The notes under the pieces were generated by a model that was not told the origin of the DNA, ran no database searches, and was given only the letters and a program-made list of their open reading frames with translations. The position numbers and the translations under genes were made by a program. Shown here piece after piece: positions 9,959 through 25,326 of a DNA stretch of 64,000 nucleotides (positions are counted from its first letter, which is position 1; each line of letters opens with the position of its first letter). Origin of the DNA: an uncultured Pseudomonadota bacterium. Its GTDB lineage: Bacteria > Pseudomonadota > Gammaproteobacteria > Burkholderiales > SG8-39. The stretch spans positions 469,145-533,144 of the forward strand of contig CAIXPL010000016.1 in assembly GCA_903921325.1 (NCBI GenBank), written 5' to 3'.

Positions 9959-9998
9959 CTATGTGCACTTGCCAGCCTGTTCCTGAAGGGAGGAAGCA

Positions 9999-10535
9999 AT
10001 GAACCCATTTCAATCGCCTGCAATGTGGATTGACCGGCAAAGCCTGGTTTCCCGCCTTGTTGCACTCGCGTTCTGCGTTGTGCTGGGTGCTTGCAGTGTC
10101 GTCGAGCTGTCGCGCATGCAACCAGGAATGTCAGCCGACGAAGTGCGATCGGTTGCCGGCAAGCCGACGGAGACCCGCACACTGAAGAGCGGCGAGGCGG
10201 CCTGGTATTACGTTGGCGGATTTGCCGCCTGGCGCACCTATCGACTGATCTTTGATGACCACGAGCGCGTGCGCGACGTCGAGCAGGTGCTCAGCGCCGA
10301 AAGCTTTCGGGAAAAAGTGCTGCCCCGGCGCAGCAAGCGCGAGGACGTTTTGCAAGCCCTCGGCAGTCCCGGCCTGATCGTACGGTTTGAGGGCAAGGGC
10401 GAAGAGGTATTTTCCTACCGCTTCCTCGTCATTGCCACGCAGATGATCTGCGACGTGCATATCGATCTGGCAAGCGGCTACGTTAAGAGCTACGAGACCT
10501 ATCCCGATCAGGCATACACCAGCCCCGCAACGTGA
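9999..10535 (+). CDS. lipoprotein with BamE/SmpA-OmlA-like domain(s)
   Basis: GGGAGGAAG Shine-Dalgarno sequence and a lipobox (VVLGAC). MQPGMSADEVRSVAGKPT is typical of SmpA/OmlA, and a second similar segment lies near RSKREDVLQALGSP. Confidence 0.55.
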   Translation: MNPFQSPAMWIDRQSLVSRLVALAFCVVLGACSVVELSRMQPGMSADEVRSVAGKPTETRTLKSGEAAWYYVGGFAAWRTYRLIFDDHERVRDVEQVLSAESFREKVLPRRSKREDVLQALGSPGLIVRFEGKGEEVFSYRFLVIATQMICDVHIDLASGYVKSYETYPDQAYTSPAT

Positions 10536-10638
10536 GTGATGCACAGTCAATCAGGGACGGGGCAGCTGGCACACGCCGGCCAGGGTGCAACAGGCTCAGT
10601 CGTGAGTCAGAAATGGGCCCTGTCAGCGCTCACGGCAC

Positions 10639-11157
10639 TCAGGCCTTGGCTGGCAGCACGGCCTGAACGGCAGTCACGCCATCCGGGGTGAACACCTGGC
10701 GTATCAGATCCGGCCTTGGCTCGGCGTCCTCGGCCATGCGCCAGGCGCAATCCGGGGTCTGGCATTCGGCATACAGGTAGAGAGAATGTGCGCGGATGCC
10801 AAATCCGCGCTCCGACGCGATGCGCGCCTGACGCGATTCAATTTCCTCGTCGACAAACTCTTCCACCCGACCGCAGGTCAGGCAGACCAGATGGTCATGG
10901 TGATTTGAGTCGTTGAGTTCATAGACCGCCTTTTCCGACTCGAATCGATGGCGCTGCACAAGCCCAGCCTGCTCGAACTGGGTGAGCACCCGATAAATCG
11001 TGGCCAGACCGATATCGAGTCCGTCGCGACTCAGCGATCGGTAGACATCTTCGGCCGACAAATGCCGTACCGAGGACTTCTCGAACAGCTCAAGAATTCG
11101 CAACCGCGGCAGCGTGGCTTTGAGGCCGATGGTTTTCAGATCGGTCGCGTTGGACAA
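10639..11157 (-). CDS. fur: ferric uptake regulator family protein
   Basis: Fur core (LKATLPRLRILELF, HHDHLVCLTCGRVEEF). A TTG start at 11157 gives 172 aa. The longer ORF to 11412 would overlap bamE antisense. Confidence 0.8.
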   Translation of the reverse strand: MSNATDLKTIGLKATLPRLRILELFEKSSVRHLSAEDVYRSLSRDGLDIGLATIYRVLTQFEQAGLVQRHRFESEKAVYELNDSNHHDHLVCLTCGRVEEFVDEEIESRQARIASERGFGIRAHSLYLYAECQTPDCAWRMAEDAEPRPDLIRQVFTPDGVTAVQAVLPAKA

Positions 11158-11308
11158 GGCACTGGATTCCGAATGTAAGACGGCAACTGGCTTGGCAGCG
11201 GGGCGGGAACCCACGTTTCCGCTATCATAAACACATTCTGCTGACGGTTTGAATTCTGTCAGGCCGGTGCGGCAATCGCGCTGCGCCCTTTCAACGAGAT
11301 TCCACGCA

Positions 11309-11800
11309 ATGATGCCTTCCAATGGCCTGCGCACGAGCGCTTCGCGGGCGCACATTCTGGTGCTGTTGATTTTGATCGGCGCCGCACTGGGCGCGCTGGA
11401 GGGTTGTGGCATCGTCTTTCGCCCTTATCGGATGGATATCCAGCAGGGCAATTTTTTGGACGAATCAAGCATCAGCAAAATGCGTCTCGGGATGACCCGT
11501 GACCAAGTGCGGTTTCTGCTCGGCACGCCCCTGTTGACCGACCCCTTCCACGCCGATCGTTGGGACTATGTCTACCGGCGTCAAAAGACTGCCAGTTCGC
11601 CCCTTGAAGCGAGCCGTCTCGAATTGCATTTCAAGGATGCGCTGCTGGTGCAGGTGCTGAGCGAAGGGTTGCCTGAAGGTGCGTTGGCGCACCTGTCCGA
11701 TGCAACCGTCGCGGCGGGTGAATCCGCACCTGTTGGCAGGACCGGTCAACCGTCCGCGCCGCCGGCGGCAGACCAGGCACCAGCGGGGGAGCAACGATGA
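11309..11800 (+). CDS. bamE: outer membrane protein assembly factor BamE
   Basis: Lipobox LEGC followed by YRMDIQQGNFLD and RLGMTRDQVRFLLGTP. The gene is divergent from fur, as in many betaproteobacteria. Confidence 0.8.
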   Translation: MMPSNGLRTSASRAHILVLLILIGAALGALEGCGIVFRPYRMDIQQGNFLDESSISKMRLGMTRDQVRFLLGTPLLTDPFHADRWDYVYRRQKTASSPLEASRLELHFKDALLVQVLSEGLPEGALAHLSDATVAAGESAPVGRTGQPSAPPAADQAPAGEQR

Positions 11801-12612
11801 GCCAGGCCGACGCAATCCGGGTCGCAATCGCCGGCGCGGCCGGTCGCATGGGCCGCGCCCTGATCGAGGCGGCGTTAGCTGATCCGCTGTTGACATTCAG
11901 CGCCGCGCTTGAAATGCCGGGGCATCCGGCGCTCGGGCGTGATGCGGGCGAGGCGATGGGGCTCAGCACCGGCGTACTGCTCGAAAGCGATATCGAGTCG
12001 GTGCTGGAAAAATCCGATTGCCTGATTGATTTCACCCGCCCGGCGGCCACTCTGGCAAGCCTTGCCCATGTGCGTCGCATGGGTAAAGCCATGGTGATCG
12101 GCACCACCGGATTCAGCGCCGAAGAAAAGCAGCAGATTGCCGACGCGGCTGCCGATGTTGCGGTGGTGTTTGCGCCGAACATGGCGGTCGGGGTAAACGC
12201 CCTGTTCAAACTCGCCAGTGTGGCGGCGAGCATCCTGGGTGACCAATTCGATGTTGAAATCATCGAAGCGCATCATCGGCACAAAGTCGATGCACCCTCA
12301 GGCACGGCACTACGCCTCGGTGAGGCGGTGGCGCAGGCACTGGGCCGTGATCTGGCAAGCGTTGCAGTGCATGGACGCGAAGGTGTCACCGGCGAGCGCG
12401 ACACGATGAGCATTGGTTTTCATGCCATCCGCGGCGGCGATATTGTCGGTGAGCACACGGTGTTGTTTGCCGGTCTCGGTGAGCGTATCGAGCTGTCGGT
12501 GCGTTCCTCAAGCCGGCTTACCTACGCGCAGGGCGCGATGCGCGCGGTGAAGTTTGCCACCAGTCAACCGCCTGGTTTGTATGACATGCAGGACGTGCTG
12601 GGGCTGCACTAG
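11797..12612 (+). CDS. dapB: 4-hydroxy-tetrahydrodipicolinate reductase
   Basis: 271 aa with an N-terminal [11 protein letters not shown]ossmann motif and an [15 protein letters not shown] motif. An ATGA overlap links it to bamE. Confidence 0.9.
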   Translation: MSQADAIRVAIAGAAGRMGRALIEAALADPLLTFSAALEMPGHPALGRDAGEAMGLSTGVLLESDIESVLEKSDCLIDFTRPAATLASLAHVRRMGKAMVIGTTGFSAEEKQQIADAAADVAVVFAPNMAVGVNALFKLASVAASILGDQFDVEIIEAHHRHKVDAPSGTALRLGEAVAQALGRDLASVAVHGREGVTGERDTMSIGFHAIRGGDIVGEHTVLFAGLGERIELSVRSSSRLTYAQGAMRAVKFATSQPPGLYDMQDVLGLH

Positions 12613-12624
12613 CGAGTTTCACGC

Positions 12625-12630
12625 TATAAT
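12625..12630 (+). promoter_or_regulatory. perfect TATAAT hexamer upstream of carA (candidate -10 box)
   Basis: TATAAT lies 44 nt upstream of the proposed carA TTG start in otherwise GC-rich DNA. No convincing -35 element was found. Confidence 0.25.
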
Positions 12631-12673
12631 CGAATGGTTTACCCGTTCGGGTTGTCAGGTTGCGGAGTTCCAG

Positions 12674-13824
12674 TTGCCCCAAGCGCCCAGTGCCCTCCTA
12701 GTTCTCGCGGACGGCACCCTTTTTCGTGGCGTTTCGATCGGCGCTGAAGGCCAGAGCACTGGCGAGGTCGTCTTCAATACCGCGTTGACCGGCTACCAGG
12801 AGATTCTCACCGATCCCTCCTATTGCCGCCAGATCGTCACGCTCACCTATCCGCATATCGGCAATGTTGGGGTCAATCCCGACGATGAAGAGTCCTCACT
12901 CGCCTGTCTGGCCGGGCTCATCGTGCGTGAAGTGCCGCGGACGCCATCGAACTGGCGCTCGATTGAACCCTTGCGGGACTATCTGCGCCGACGCGGGGTG
13001 GTTGCCCTGGCGGGTATCGATACCCGCCGCTTGACCCGCATTCTGCGTGAACGCGGGGCGCAGAACGCCTGCCTGCAAGCAGGCGAGATCGATGCTGATC
13101 GCGCGCTTGCCGCAGCACGGGCTTTTCCCGGTCTGGGCGGGATGGATCTGGCTCAGGTCGTGAGTACCACGACGACCTATGAGCATGACGAACTGAGCTG
13201 GCGCGCACCCGCTGCGGCCAAGCGTACCTTTGCCCGCCGCTACTCGGTGGTGGCCTACGATTTTGGCATCAAGCGCAACATCCTGCGCATGCTCTCTGAT
13301 CGCGGCTGTGCGGTAACGGTCGTGCCCGCTCGCACCCCGGCAAGCGACGTGCTGGCTCTGCGTCCTGATGGGGTGTTTCTGTCCAATGGTCCGGGTGATC
13401 CCGAGCCCTGCGATTACGCGATCAGTGCCATCAGCGAACTTCTCGCGCAGCCCGCATTGCCCATTTTTGGAATCTGTCTGGGGCATCAGTTGCTCGCTCT
13501 GGCCTCGGGCGCACGTACCATGAAAATGAAATTCGGCCATCACGGCGCCAATCATCCGGTGGCCGAACTGGCCACCGGCCGCGTGCTGATCTCCAGCCAG
13601 AACCACGGTTTTGCGGTCGCCGAAGAGACGCTGCCTGCCACGCTCGAGGTGACCCACCGGTCCTTGTTCGATGACACCATCCAGGGTGTGCGGCGCACCG
13701 ATCGCCCGGCGTTCAGCTTTCAGGGGCATCCGGAAGCAAGCCCCGGCCCGCATGACGTGGCCGGCTTGTTCGATGATTTCGTTGCGCTCATGGACAAGGC
13801 GCGGCTCGAGCGGGGAGTGAACTG

Positions 13825-13825
<1 letters not shown>
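12674..13825 (+). CDS. carA: carbamoyl-phosphate synthase small (glutaminase) subunit
   Basis: [19 protein letters not shown] and [19 protein letters not shown] motifs, plus the GATase motif GICLGHQ. The TTG start at 12674 was chosen by alignment logic to known CarA N-termini. Confidence 0.9.
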
Positions 13826-17055
<3,230 letters not shown>

Positions 17056-17111
17056 GGGCTGATTGCCGTATACTGCGGCGCCTACTCTCGGGCCTTTTTG
17101 GCTACTCCCCT

Positions 17112-17591
17112 ATGAGCAACAAGTATCCGCTGACCAAGCGTGGCGCCGAACTGTTACGGGCAGAATTGCAGCGACTGAAAACGGTCGAGCGGCCAGCCGT
17201 CATCCAGGCAATTGCCGAAGCGCGCGCGCAGGGCGACCTGTCGGAAAATGCCGAATACGATGCGGCCAAGGAGCGTCAAAGCTTCATCGAAGGGCGCATC
17301 ATCGAGGTTGAGTCGAAACTGGGCAATGCCCAGGTGATCGACCCCCTGTTGCTCGATACCGACGGACGCTGCGTGTTTGGCGCCACCGTCGAGATTGAGG
17401 ACCTGTCTACCGGCGAGCATCTGACCTATCAGATCGTCGGTGAGGACGAGGCCGATATCAAGGCCGGCAAAATTTCGGTGATATCGCCGCTCTCGCGCAG
17501 CCTGATCGGTAAATCATCGGGCGATGCGGCCGAAGTTCAGGCCCCCGGTGGCAAACGCGAATACGAAATCATCGACGTGCGCTACGAGTAG
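17112..17591 (+). CDS. greA: transcription elongation factor GreA
   Basis: 159 aa with [19 protein letters not shown] and the [15 protein letters not shown] coiled-coil signature. Confidence 0.9.
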   Translation: MSNKYPLTKRGAELLRAELQRLKTVERPAVIQAIAEARAQGDLSENAEYDAAKERQSFIEGRIIEVESKLGNAQVIDPLLLDTDGRCVFGATVEIEDLSTGEHLTYQIVGEDEADIKAGKISVISPLSRSLIGKSSGDAAEVQAPGGKREYEIIDVRYE

Positions 17592-18009
17592 GCGCAGGAG
17601 CTCGAGTCGCACGTGCCTGGGTTCGGCGTCCCGAACGGGCGACCGTACGCGGTGCGCCGGCCCGGTCCGCCTCGCGCGCGCCGCCCTTGCTCGATGGTTT
17701 GGGCCTGTCGGCAGCGGCGGTCGCTGGCACTTCGGGCGCGTCCAGCGGGCGCGGGCGGAACACAATCAGCATGCGTCCCAGGTGCTGGATCGCTTCAGCG
17801 CCAGTGGCCTGGCACACATCGAGCAGCATGTGTTCGCGTTCATCGCGATCGGCCGCAAGCACGCGAATCTTGATCAGTTCATGGTGATCGAGTGCCCGCC
17901 CGATTTCGGCGAGCACCGCGGGGGCAAGCCCGGCACTACCCACCATGATCACCGGGTCGAGCGCGTGGGCACGCGCGCGCAGAGCCTTACGTTCAGTCGG
18001 ATTCAGCAT
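17569..18009 (-). CDS. yhbY: YhbY/CRS1-type ribosome-assembly RNA-binding protein with an Arg/Ala/Pro-rich C-terminal tail
   Basis: [24 protein letters not shown] and ELIKIRV motifs. The start is ATG 18009. The 3' end overlaps the greA 3' end by 23 nt in a convergent arrangement. Confidence 0.75.
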   Translation of the reverse strand: MLNPTERKALRARAHALDPVIMVGSAGLAPAVLAEIGRALDHHELIKIRVLAADRDEREHMLLDVCQATGAEAIQHLGRMLIVFRPRPLDAPEVPATAAADRPKPSSKGGAREADRAGAPRTVARSGRRTQARATRAPAPTRSARR

Positions 18010-18044
18010 GACGCATTGTACCGCCGCAACCTGAGCATGCCTCG

Positions 18045-18704
18045 ATGAGCACCACAAAATCGACCAGCAAAACCGTCGGTAAAGGCGGCAGTCAGCGGGT
18101 ACGCGGCCAGCGCTGGATGGACGAGCATGTCGCCGATCCGTTTGTGCTGCAAGCGAAGAAAGACGGCTATCGATCACGCGCCGCCTACAAGATTCTCGAA
18201 CTGGATCAACGCGATCGGCTGTTCCGGGCCGGTGCGGTGGTGGTGGATCTGGGTGCCGCACCGGGCAGTTGGAGCCAGGTGGCTGCCACCCGGGTGGGCG
18301 CGACCGGCCGCGTGGTGGCGGTAGACTTGTTACCGATTGATCCGATTGTGAATGTCACCATATTGCGCGGTGACATCACCACCGACCCGGTGATTGCGCA
18401 GATGGATGAGGCGCTGGGCGGGTTGGCGGTCGATCTGGTGCTCTCTGACATGGCCCCCAATATCAGCGGCATCGCGGCGGCTGACTCGGCGCGCCAGGCC
18501 GGTCTGGTGGAGCTCGCAATCGAGCAATCACTGCGCTGGCTCAAGCCCGAGGGGGTGCTGGTGGTCAAGATGTTCCAGGGCGTCGGGTTTGAGGACTGCG
18601 TCAGGCAATTGCGCGCTGCATTCAAAAGTGTGGCGCTGCGCAAGCCCGATGCGTCGCGCGGCCGGTCGAGCGAGACCTTCGCGGTGGCGCGCGGTGTGCG
18701 GTGA
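18045..18704 (+). CDS. rlmE: 23S rRNA (uridine2552-2'-O)-methyltransferase RlmE/FtsJ
   Basis: 219 aa with YRSRAAYKILELD and the SAM motif VVDLGAAPGSWSQV. Confidence 0.9.
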   Translation: MSTTKSTSKTVGKGGSQRVRGQRWMDEHVADPFVLQAKKDGYRSRAAYKILELDQRDRLFRAGAVVVDLGAAPGSWSQVAATRVGATGRVVAVDLLPIDPIVNVTILRGDITTDPVIAQMDEALGGLAVDLVLSDMAPNISGIAAADSARQAGLVELAIEQSLRWLKPEGVLVVKMFQGVGFEDCVRQLRAAFKSVALRKPDASRGRSSETFAVARGVR

Positions 18705-18832
18705 GTGTGACATTTCGCGACATGAGCACCGCAGGGCTTGAATCCGTGTTCGTCGTCCCCATGTGGATTGGGTTTAGAATCAGCCCATTACCTGTTGCCC
18801 GGCTACTGTCGTAGCCACCCGGAGGAATCCTC

Positions 18833-20709
<1,877 letters not shown>

Positions 20710-20733
20710 GCGGGGCGGCGCGTAGTTGCTTCA

Positions 20734-21573
20734 ATGAGACTGCGTGCGGGTCGTTTCGATCTGTCGCTTGATCGTCCGCTGGTGATGGGGATAGTCAATC
20801 TCACACCCGACTCGTTTTCTGATCAGGGTCGCCATTGGGCGCCGCGTGCGGCGATTGACCATGCCCAGAAGCTGATCCAGGAAGGGGCCGATCTGATTGA
20901 CCTCGGTGCCGAATCCTCACGGCCCGGCGCTCAGCCAGTCAGTGCTGCCGAAGAAATCGACCGCCTGATGCCGGTGCTGGAAGCGCTGGTGCCAACCGGC
21001 TGCCCACTGTCGGTCGACACCACCAAGCCGGTGGTGATGCGTGCCGTGATCGACGCGGGCGCTGTCATGATCAATGACATCCAGGCCCTGCGCGAACCCG
21101 GTGCCCTGGATCTGATTGCCACCAGTGGTGCTGCGGTATGTCTGATGCACATGCAGGGTGAACCGCGCACGATGCAGCGTGCGCCGCACTATGATGACGT
21201 GGTGCGCGAGGTAGGCGCTTTCTTGCGCGAACGGGCCGACGCCTGTCTTGCCGCGGGCGTTGAACGTACGCGCATCGTGGTCGACCCGGGCTATGGGTTT
21301 GGCAAGACGGTTGATCACAACCTGACCTTGCTCGCACACCAGTCGGTGCTGGCTGATCTTGGATTCGCGCTGCTTGCGGGTCTGTCGCGCAAGTCAACGA
21401 TTGGCGCTGTGACCGGGCGCGCGGTGGGCGATCGATTGCCCGGCAGCCTCGCCGCCGCTTTGATCGCGGTCCAGCGGGGGGCTAGAATCCTGCGCGTGCA
21501 CGATGTTGCTGCCACCCGCGATGTATTGGCGATATGGGCGGCAACCAGCGAGCACTCACCGAACAGGCACTAA
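20734..21573 (+). CDS. folP: dihydropteroate synthase
   Basis: 279 aa with [15 protein letters not shown] and GLSRKS motifs. Confidence 0.9.
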   Translation: MRLRAGRFDLSLDRPLVMGIVNLTPDSFSDQGRHWAPRAAIDHAQKLIQEGADLIDLGAESSRPGAQPVSAAEEIDRLMPVLEALVPTGCPLSVDTTKPVVMRAVIDAGAVMINDIQALREPGALDLIATSGAAVCLMHMQGEPRTMQRAPHYDDVVREVGAFLRERADACLAAGVERTRIVVDPGYGFGKTVDHNLTLLAHQSVLADLGFALLAGLSRKSTIGAVTGRAVGDRLPGSLAAALIAVQRGARILRVHDVAATRDVLAIWAATSEHSPNRH

Positions 21574-21589
21574 CGTACCCTCGACAAGG

Positions 21590-21658
21590 CACAAAAACCG
21601 AACCGGCACTCGCCGTGCTGCCGACCACAAAAACCGAACCGGCACTCGCCGTGCTGCC
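21590..21658. repeat. tandem duplication (period 36 bp, 33 nt identical) in the folP-glmM spacer
   Basis: cacaaaaaccgaaccggcactcgccgtgctgcc occurs at 21590-21622 and again at 21626-21658. Confidence 0.9.
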
Positions 21659-21706
21659 AACGAGGCACAAGAGTGCCGCAATCAAGGCACTCAACTGACA
21701 AACGCC

Positions 21707-23062
21707 ATGGCACGTCACTACTTTGGAACCGATGGGGTGCGCGGCCGGGTTGGGGTCTACCCGATCGTGCCTGAATTCATGATGCGCCTGGGCTTTGCGG
21801 TGGGCGAGGTGCTCGCTGGATCTGGCCGTGTTCGTGCCGAGCGGCCGCGAGTGCTGATCGGTAAAGATACCCGGGTGTCGGGCTATATGTTCGAGGCCGC
21901 CCTTGAGTGTGGTCTGTCGGCTGCCGGCGTCGATGTGCTGTTGTGCGGACCACTGCCCACACCAGGGGTGGCCTATCTCACGCGTGCATTGCGTTTGCAG
22001 GCGGGCATTGTGATCAGTGCCTCGCACAACGCGTTTGAAGATAACGGCGTCAAATTCTTTGGTGCCCACGGCGGCAAGCTCGACGATGCCCTCGAGCAGT
22101 CGATCGAACAGGCGCTCGAGCAGCCGATGCAGTGCCGCACCTCGCGCGAACTGGGCAAGGCCCGGCGCATCGATGACGCGCAAGGGCGCTATATCGAATT
22201 CTGTAAAAGCACCTTTCCGTCGGCACTCGATCTGCGTGGTATGCGCATCGTGATTGATTCGGCCAATGGGGCGGCGTATCACATTGCGCCCAAAGTGCTG
22301 CACGAACTCGGTGCCGAAGTGATTGCCATGGGCGATCGACCCGATGGATTTAACATCAATGAGGCCTGTGGTGCCACTGCGCCGCAAGCCCTGCGCGAGC
22401 GCGTGCTGGCAGACAAGGCCGACCTTGGCATTGCCCTGGATGGGGATGGCGACCGCCTGATCATGGTCGATGGCAACGGGGTGCTGCGTGATGGCGATGA
22501 GTTGCTGCATGTGATCGTGCGTGAGCGTCATCAACACGAGCCGGTGCGTGGTGTGGCGGGCACGCTGATGACCAACTTTGCGCTGGAGCGCGTGCTTGCC
22601 GATCTATCGATTCCGTTTGAGCGTGCCAAGGTGGGCGATCGCTATGTACTGGAACTCATGCAGCAGCGCGGCTGGCTCTTTGGTGGCGAGAACTCGGGCC
22701 ACATCATTTGTCTTGACCGGCACAGCACCGGTGATGGCATCGTGTCGGCACTGCAGGTGCTCGCGGCGCTCAGCCGTTCCGGTCAAACGCTTGCACAGGC
22801 CTGTGCACCGCTGCGCCTGTATCCGCAGAAGCTGGTGAACCTGCGCGTTGATCGGCCGGCAGAACTGCTTGCACGGCCACGCGTGCTGGCGGCGCGGGAC
22901 GCGGCACAGACGCAGCTGGGAACGAGCGGGCGAATCCTGCTGCGGCCCTCGGGCACTGAACCGGTGTTGCGCGTCATGGTCGAAGGTGAGGATGCGGCAC
23001 AGGTGAGTGCGTTGGCCGAATCGCTTGCCAATGCGCTGCGTGAGGAGAGCAAGGCCGCATGA
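21707..23062 (+). CDS. glmM: phosphoglucosamine mutase
   Basis: [13 protein letters not shown] start and the phosphoserine loop [11 protein letters not shown]. The ORF-track N-terminal extension from 21503 only reads through the repeat. Confidence 0.9.
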   Translation: MARHYFGTDGVRGRVGVYPIVPEFMMRLGFAVGEVLAGSGRVRAERPRVLIGKDTRVSGYMFEAALECGLSAAGVDVLLCGPLPTPGVAYLTRALRLQAGIVISASHNAFEDNGVKFFGAHGGKLDDALEQSIEQALEQPMQCRTSRELGKARRIDDAQGRYIEFCKSTFPSALDLRGMRIVIDSANGAAYHIAPKVLHELGAEVIAMGDRPDGFNINEACGATAPQALRERVLADKADLGIALDGDGDRLIMVDGNGVLRDGDELLHVIVRERHQHEPVRGVAGTLMTNFALERVLADLSIPFERAKVGDRYVLELMQQRGWLFGGENSGHIICLDRHSTGDGIVSALQVLAALSRSGQTLAQACAPLRLYPQKLVNLRVDRPAELLARPRVLAARDAAQTQLGTSGRILLRPSGTEPVLRVMVEGEDAAQVSALAESLANALREESKAA

Positions 23063-23167
23063 GGATGTCGATGTGTTGGCGTGGTCCGGGCGCGAAAAAT
23101 GGAAATCGGCCAAGCCTGTGAGTGTGAGGGGAGGACATTGAGTGAGGCGGCAGCATTGAGTACATCC

Positions 23168-24265
23168 ATGTCGACTGAGCAGTTGCTTGAGCTCTATCGG
23201 GTGATGCTGCGCATTCGTGCGTTTGAGGACCTGGCTGATCAGGCGAGTCAGGGCGGGACGTCAGCGTTTGGTCAGGCGACCTCAGCCGCACCGGCGCCAG
23301 TGCGCGGCCCGCTGCATCTGTCGCATGGTCAGGAGGCGGTGGCGGTAGGCGTCTGCGCGAGTCTGCACGCCGATGATGCGATCACATCCACTCATCGCGG
23401 CCATGGGCATTGCATTGCCAAGGGTGCCGACCCCTGGCGGATGTTTGCCGAACTGCTCGGGCGCGCCGATGGCTATAACGCGGGCAAGGGCGGCTCGATG
23501 CATATCGCCGATTTCTCAGTCGGCATGCTCGGCTCCAATGGTGTCGTGGCAGCCGGCATACCGATTGCGGTGGGTGCGGCGCAGGCCTTCAAGCTGCGTG
23601 GTGAATCGCGCATCGTGGCGTGTTTCTTTGGCGACGGGGCCATCAATCGCGGCCCGTTTCTGGAAGGTCTCAACTGGGCTCAGGTGTTTCAACTGCCGGT
23701 GCTCTTTGTCTGTGAGGACAATCGCTATTCGGCCACGACCCGCAGTGCCGATATGACGGCCGGTGAGGGGGCTGCGGCGCGCGCCCGCGCGCTGGGCATT
23801 GCCACTCAGGTGTGCGATGGCAACGACGTCATTGCCGTGGCGCGAGCCGCCGCGGAACTGGCGAGTCAGGTGCGCGCTGGCGGCGGACCGCGTCTGTTGC
23901 ATGCCATTACGTACCGATTCAAAGGCCATGTCTCGGTGGATCCGGCGAGCTATCGTGATCCGCGTGAACTCGATCGCGCACTTGAACACGATCCGATCGA
24001 ACTCACCGAGCGGGTGTTGATGGAACGCGGTTGCGTGGCGAGTGCCCATGCGAGCAAACCGGATTCACGCATCGGCAGCGAGTCTGCAGCACGTGCTGCT
24101 GCGACAGGCCCTGGACCGAGCGAGATCGCCTCACTCGATGAGATCAAGCGGCATGTACGCGAGCAGATCGAGCACGCGATGCAACGCGCGCTGGCATCGC
24201 CCTGGCCAGACGCAGCGGCGGCATTTGAGGATGTGCAGGACAGTGGTGGCGGAGTGTGGCGATGA
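23168..24265 (+). CDS. TPP-dependent 2-oxoacid/acetoin dehydrogenase E1 alpha subunit
   Basis: TPP motif GDGAINRGPFLEGLNWA...CEDNRY. The start is ATG 23168 (MSTEQLLELYRVMLRIRAFE). Confidence 0.8.
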   Translation: MSTEQLLELYRVMLRIRAFEDLADQASQGGTSAFGQATSAAPAPVRGPLHLSHGQEAVAVGVCASLHADDAITSTHRGHGHCIAKGADPWRMFAELLGRADGYNAGKGGSMHIADFSVGMLGSNGVVAAGIPIAVGAAQAFKLRGESRIVACFFGDGAINRGPFLEGLNWAQVFQLPVLFVCEDNRYSATTRSADMTAGEGAAARARALGIATQVCDGNDVIAVARAAAELASQVRAGGGPRLLHAITYRFKGHVSVDPASYRDPRELDRALEHDPIELTERVLMERGCVASAHASKPDSRIGSESAARAAATGPGPSEIASLDEIKRHVREQIEHAMQRALASPWPDAAAAFEDVQDSGGGVWR

Positions 24266-25326
24266 GTGATCGGACGGTTGGCGGCGTCGTGCGCTCGGCG
24301 CCTGCCGCGGGCAATGCGACGAGCGGCGCCACCGGAGTGGAGCAGTCTGTAGACCTGAGCTGCGCCGAGGCCGCCGCCCGTGCTCTAGCCGATGCCATGC
24401 GCGCCGATCCCTCAGTGGTGACCCTGGGCGAGGACATCGGTCGCGGTGGTGTGTTTGCGCAATATCGCGGCTTGCTCGCAGAGTTTGGCGCGCAGCGGGT
24501 GATCGATACGCCGATCTCCGAGTCAACCATCATGGGGGCAGCGGTGGGCATGGCGCTGGCCGGCCTGCGTCCGGTGGTGGAGCTGCGGGTGGTTGATTTC
24601 GCGCTGTGTGCCATGGATGAAATCGTCAATCAGGCAGCCAAGGCGCGCTTCATGCTCGGCGGTCAGGCGCGCGTGCCTCTGGTGATCCGCTTGCCAGGCG
24701 GCATCTGGTCCGGGGCGGCAGCGCAGCACTCGCAGTCGCTGGAGAGCTGGTTTGCCCATATTCCCGGCCTGACCGTGGTGATGCCTGCCACGCCGCTGGC
24801 GCATTACGCGCTGTTGCGCACCGCCATTGAATCGGCTGATCCGGTAGTGTTCATCGAACACAAGGAGCTGTGGACACTGCGCGGCCCGGTTCCTTTGCAT
24901 GATCATTCCGCGATCGCGCACGCCGGGCGCATCGGTGTTGCGCACACGGCACGTAGCGGCAGCGATCTCACCGTCTGCACCTGGTCACGTGGCCTGCAAC
25001 ACTGCGTGCTGGCGGCCGAGCAGCTTGAGGGCCGTGGCGTGTCGGTTGAGGTGATCGACCTGCAATCGTTGTGGCCGTGGGACAAGCAAGCTGTCATCGA
25101 ATCGGCACAACGGACGGGTCGCTTGCTCGTTGTGCATGAAGCCGTGCAGGTGGCCGGGTTCGGCGCCGAAGTGGTGGCCACGGTGGCCGAGGCTCATCCA
25201 GAGGTCAAGCTGCGCCGGCTGGGCGCACCGCGGATTCCGGTCGGTTACTCGCCACCGCTTGAAGCCGTATCCATGCTGACCGCCGATCGCGTGGTGAGCG
25301 CGATCGAACAGTGGCTGGGTCTCTGA
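24262..25326 (+). CDS. 2-oxoacid/acetoin dehydrogenase E1 beta subunit
   Basis: Transketolase-like pyrimidine-binding and C-terminal domains (VIDTPISESTIMGAAVGMALAG). An ATGA overlap links it to the alpha subunit. Confidence 0.8.
   Translation: MSDRTVGGVVRSAPAAGNATSGATGVEQSVDLSCAEAAARALADAMRADPSVVTLGEDIGRGGVFAQYRGLLAEFGAQRVIDTPISESTIMGAAVGMALAGLRPVVELRVVDFALCAMDEIVNQAAKARFMLGGQARVPLVIRLPGGIWSGAAAQHSQSLESWFAHIPGLTVVMPATPLAHYALLRTAIESADPVVFIEHKELWTLRGPVPLHDHSAIAHAGRIGVAHTARSGSDLTVCTWSRGLQHCVLAAEQLEGRGVSVEVIDLQSLWPWDKQAVIESAQRTGRLLVVHEAVQVAGFGAEVVATVAEAHPEVKLRRLGAPRIPVGYSPPLEAVSMLTADRVVSAIEQWLGL

Noticed and set aside
11221-11241. Possible Fur box (gctatcataaacacattctgc) in the fur-bamE spacer
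   Set aside because: It is only a weak partial match to the GATAATGATAATCATTATC consensus, which is not enough to call.
21590-21658. Possible CRISPR array (also considered for 25335-25394 and 51968-52021)
   Set aside because: The repeats are contiguous or separated by only 3 nt, with 2-5 copies and no spacers. They are simple tandem repeats, not CRISPR.
21503-21706. N-terminal extension of the glmM ORF ([11 protein letters not shown] twice)
   Set aside because: It only reads through the intergenic 36-bp tandem duplication. The canonical [13 protein letters not shown] start is at 21707.
21482-22537. 351-aa minus-strand ORF
   Set aside because: It is antisense to glmM, which is unambiguous.
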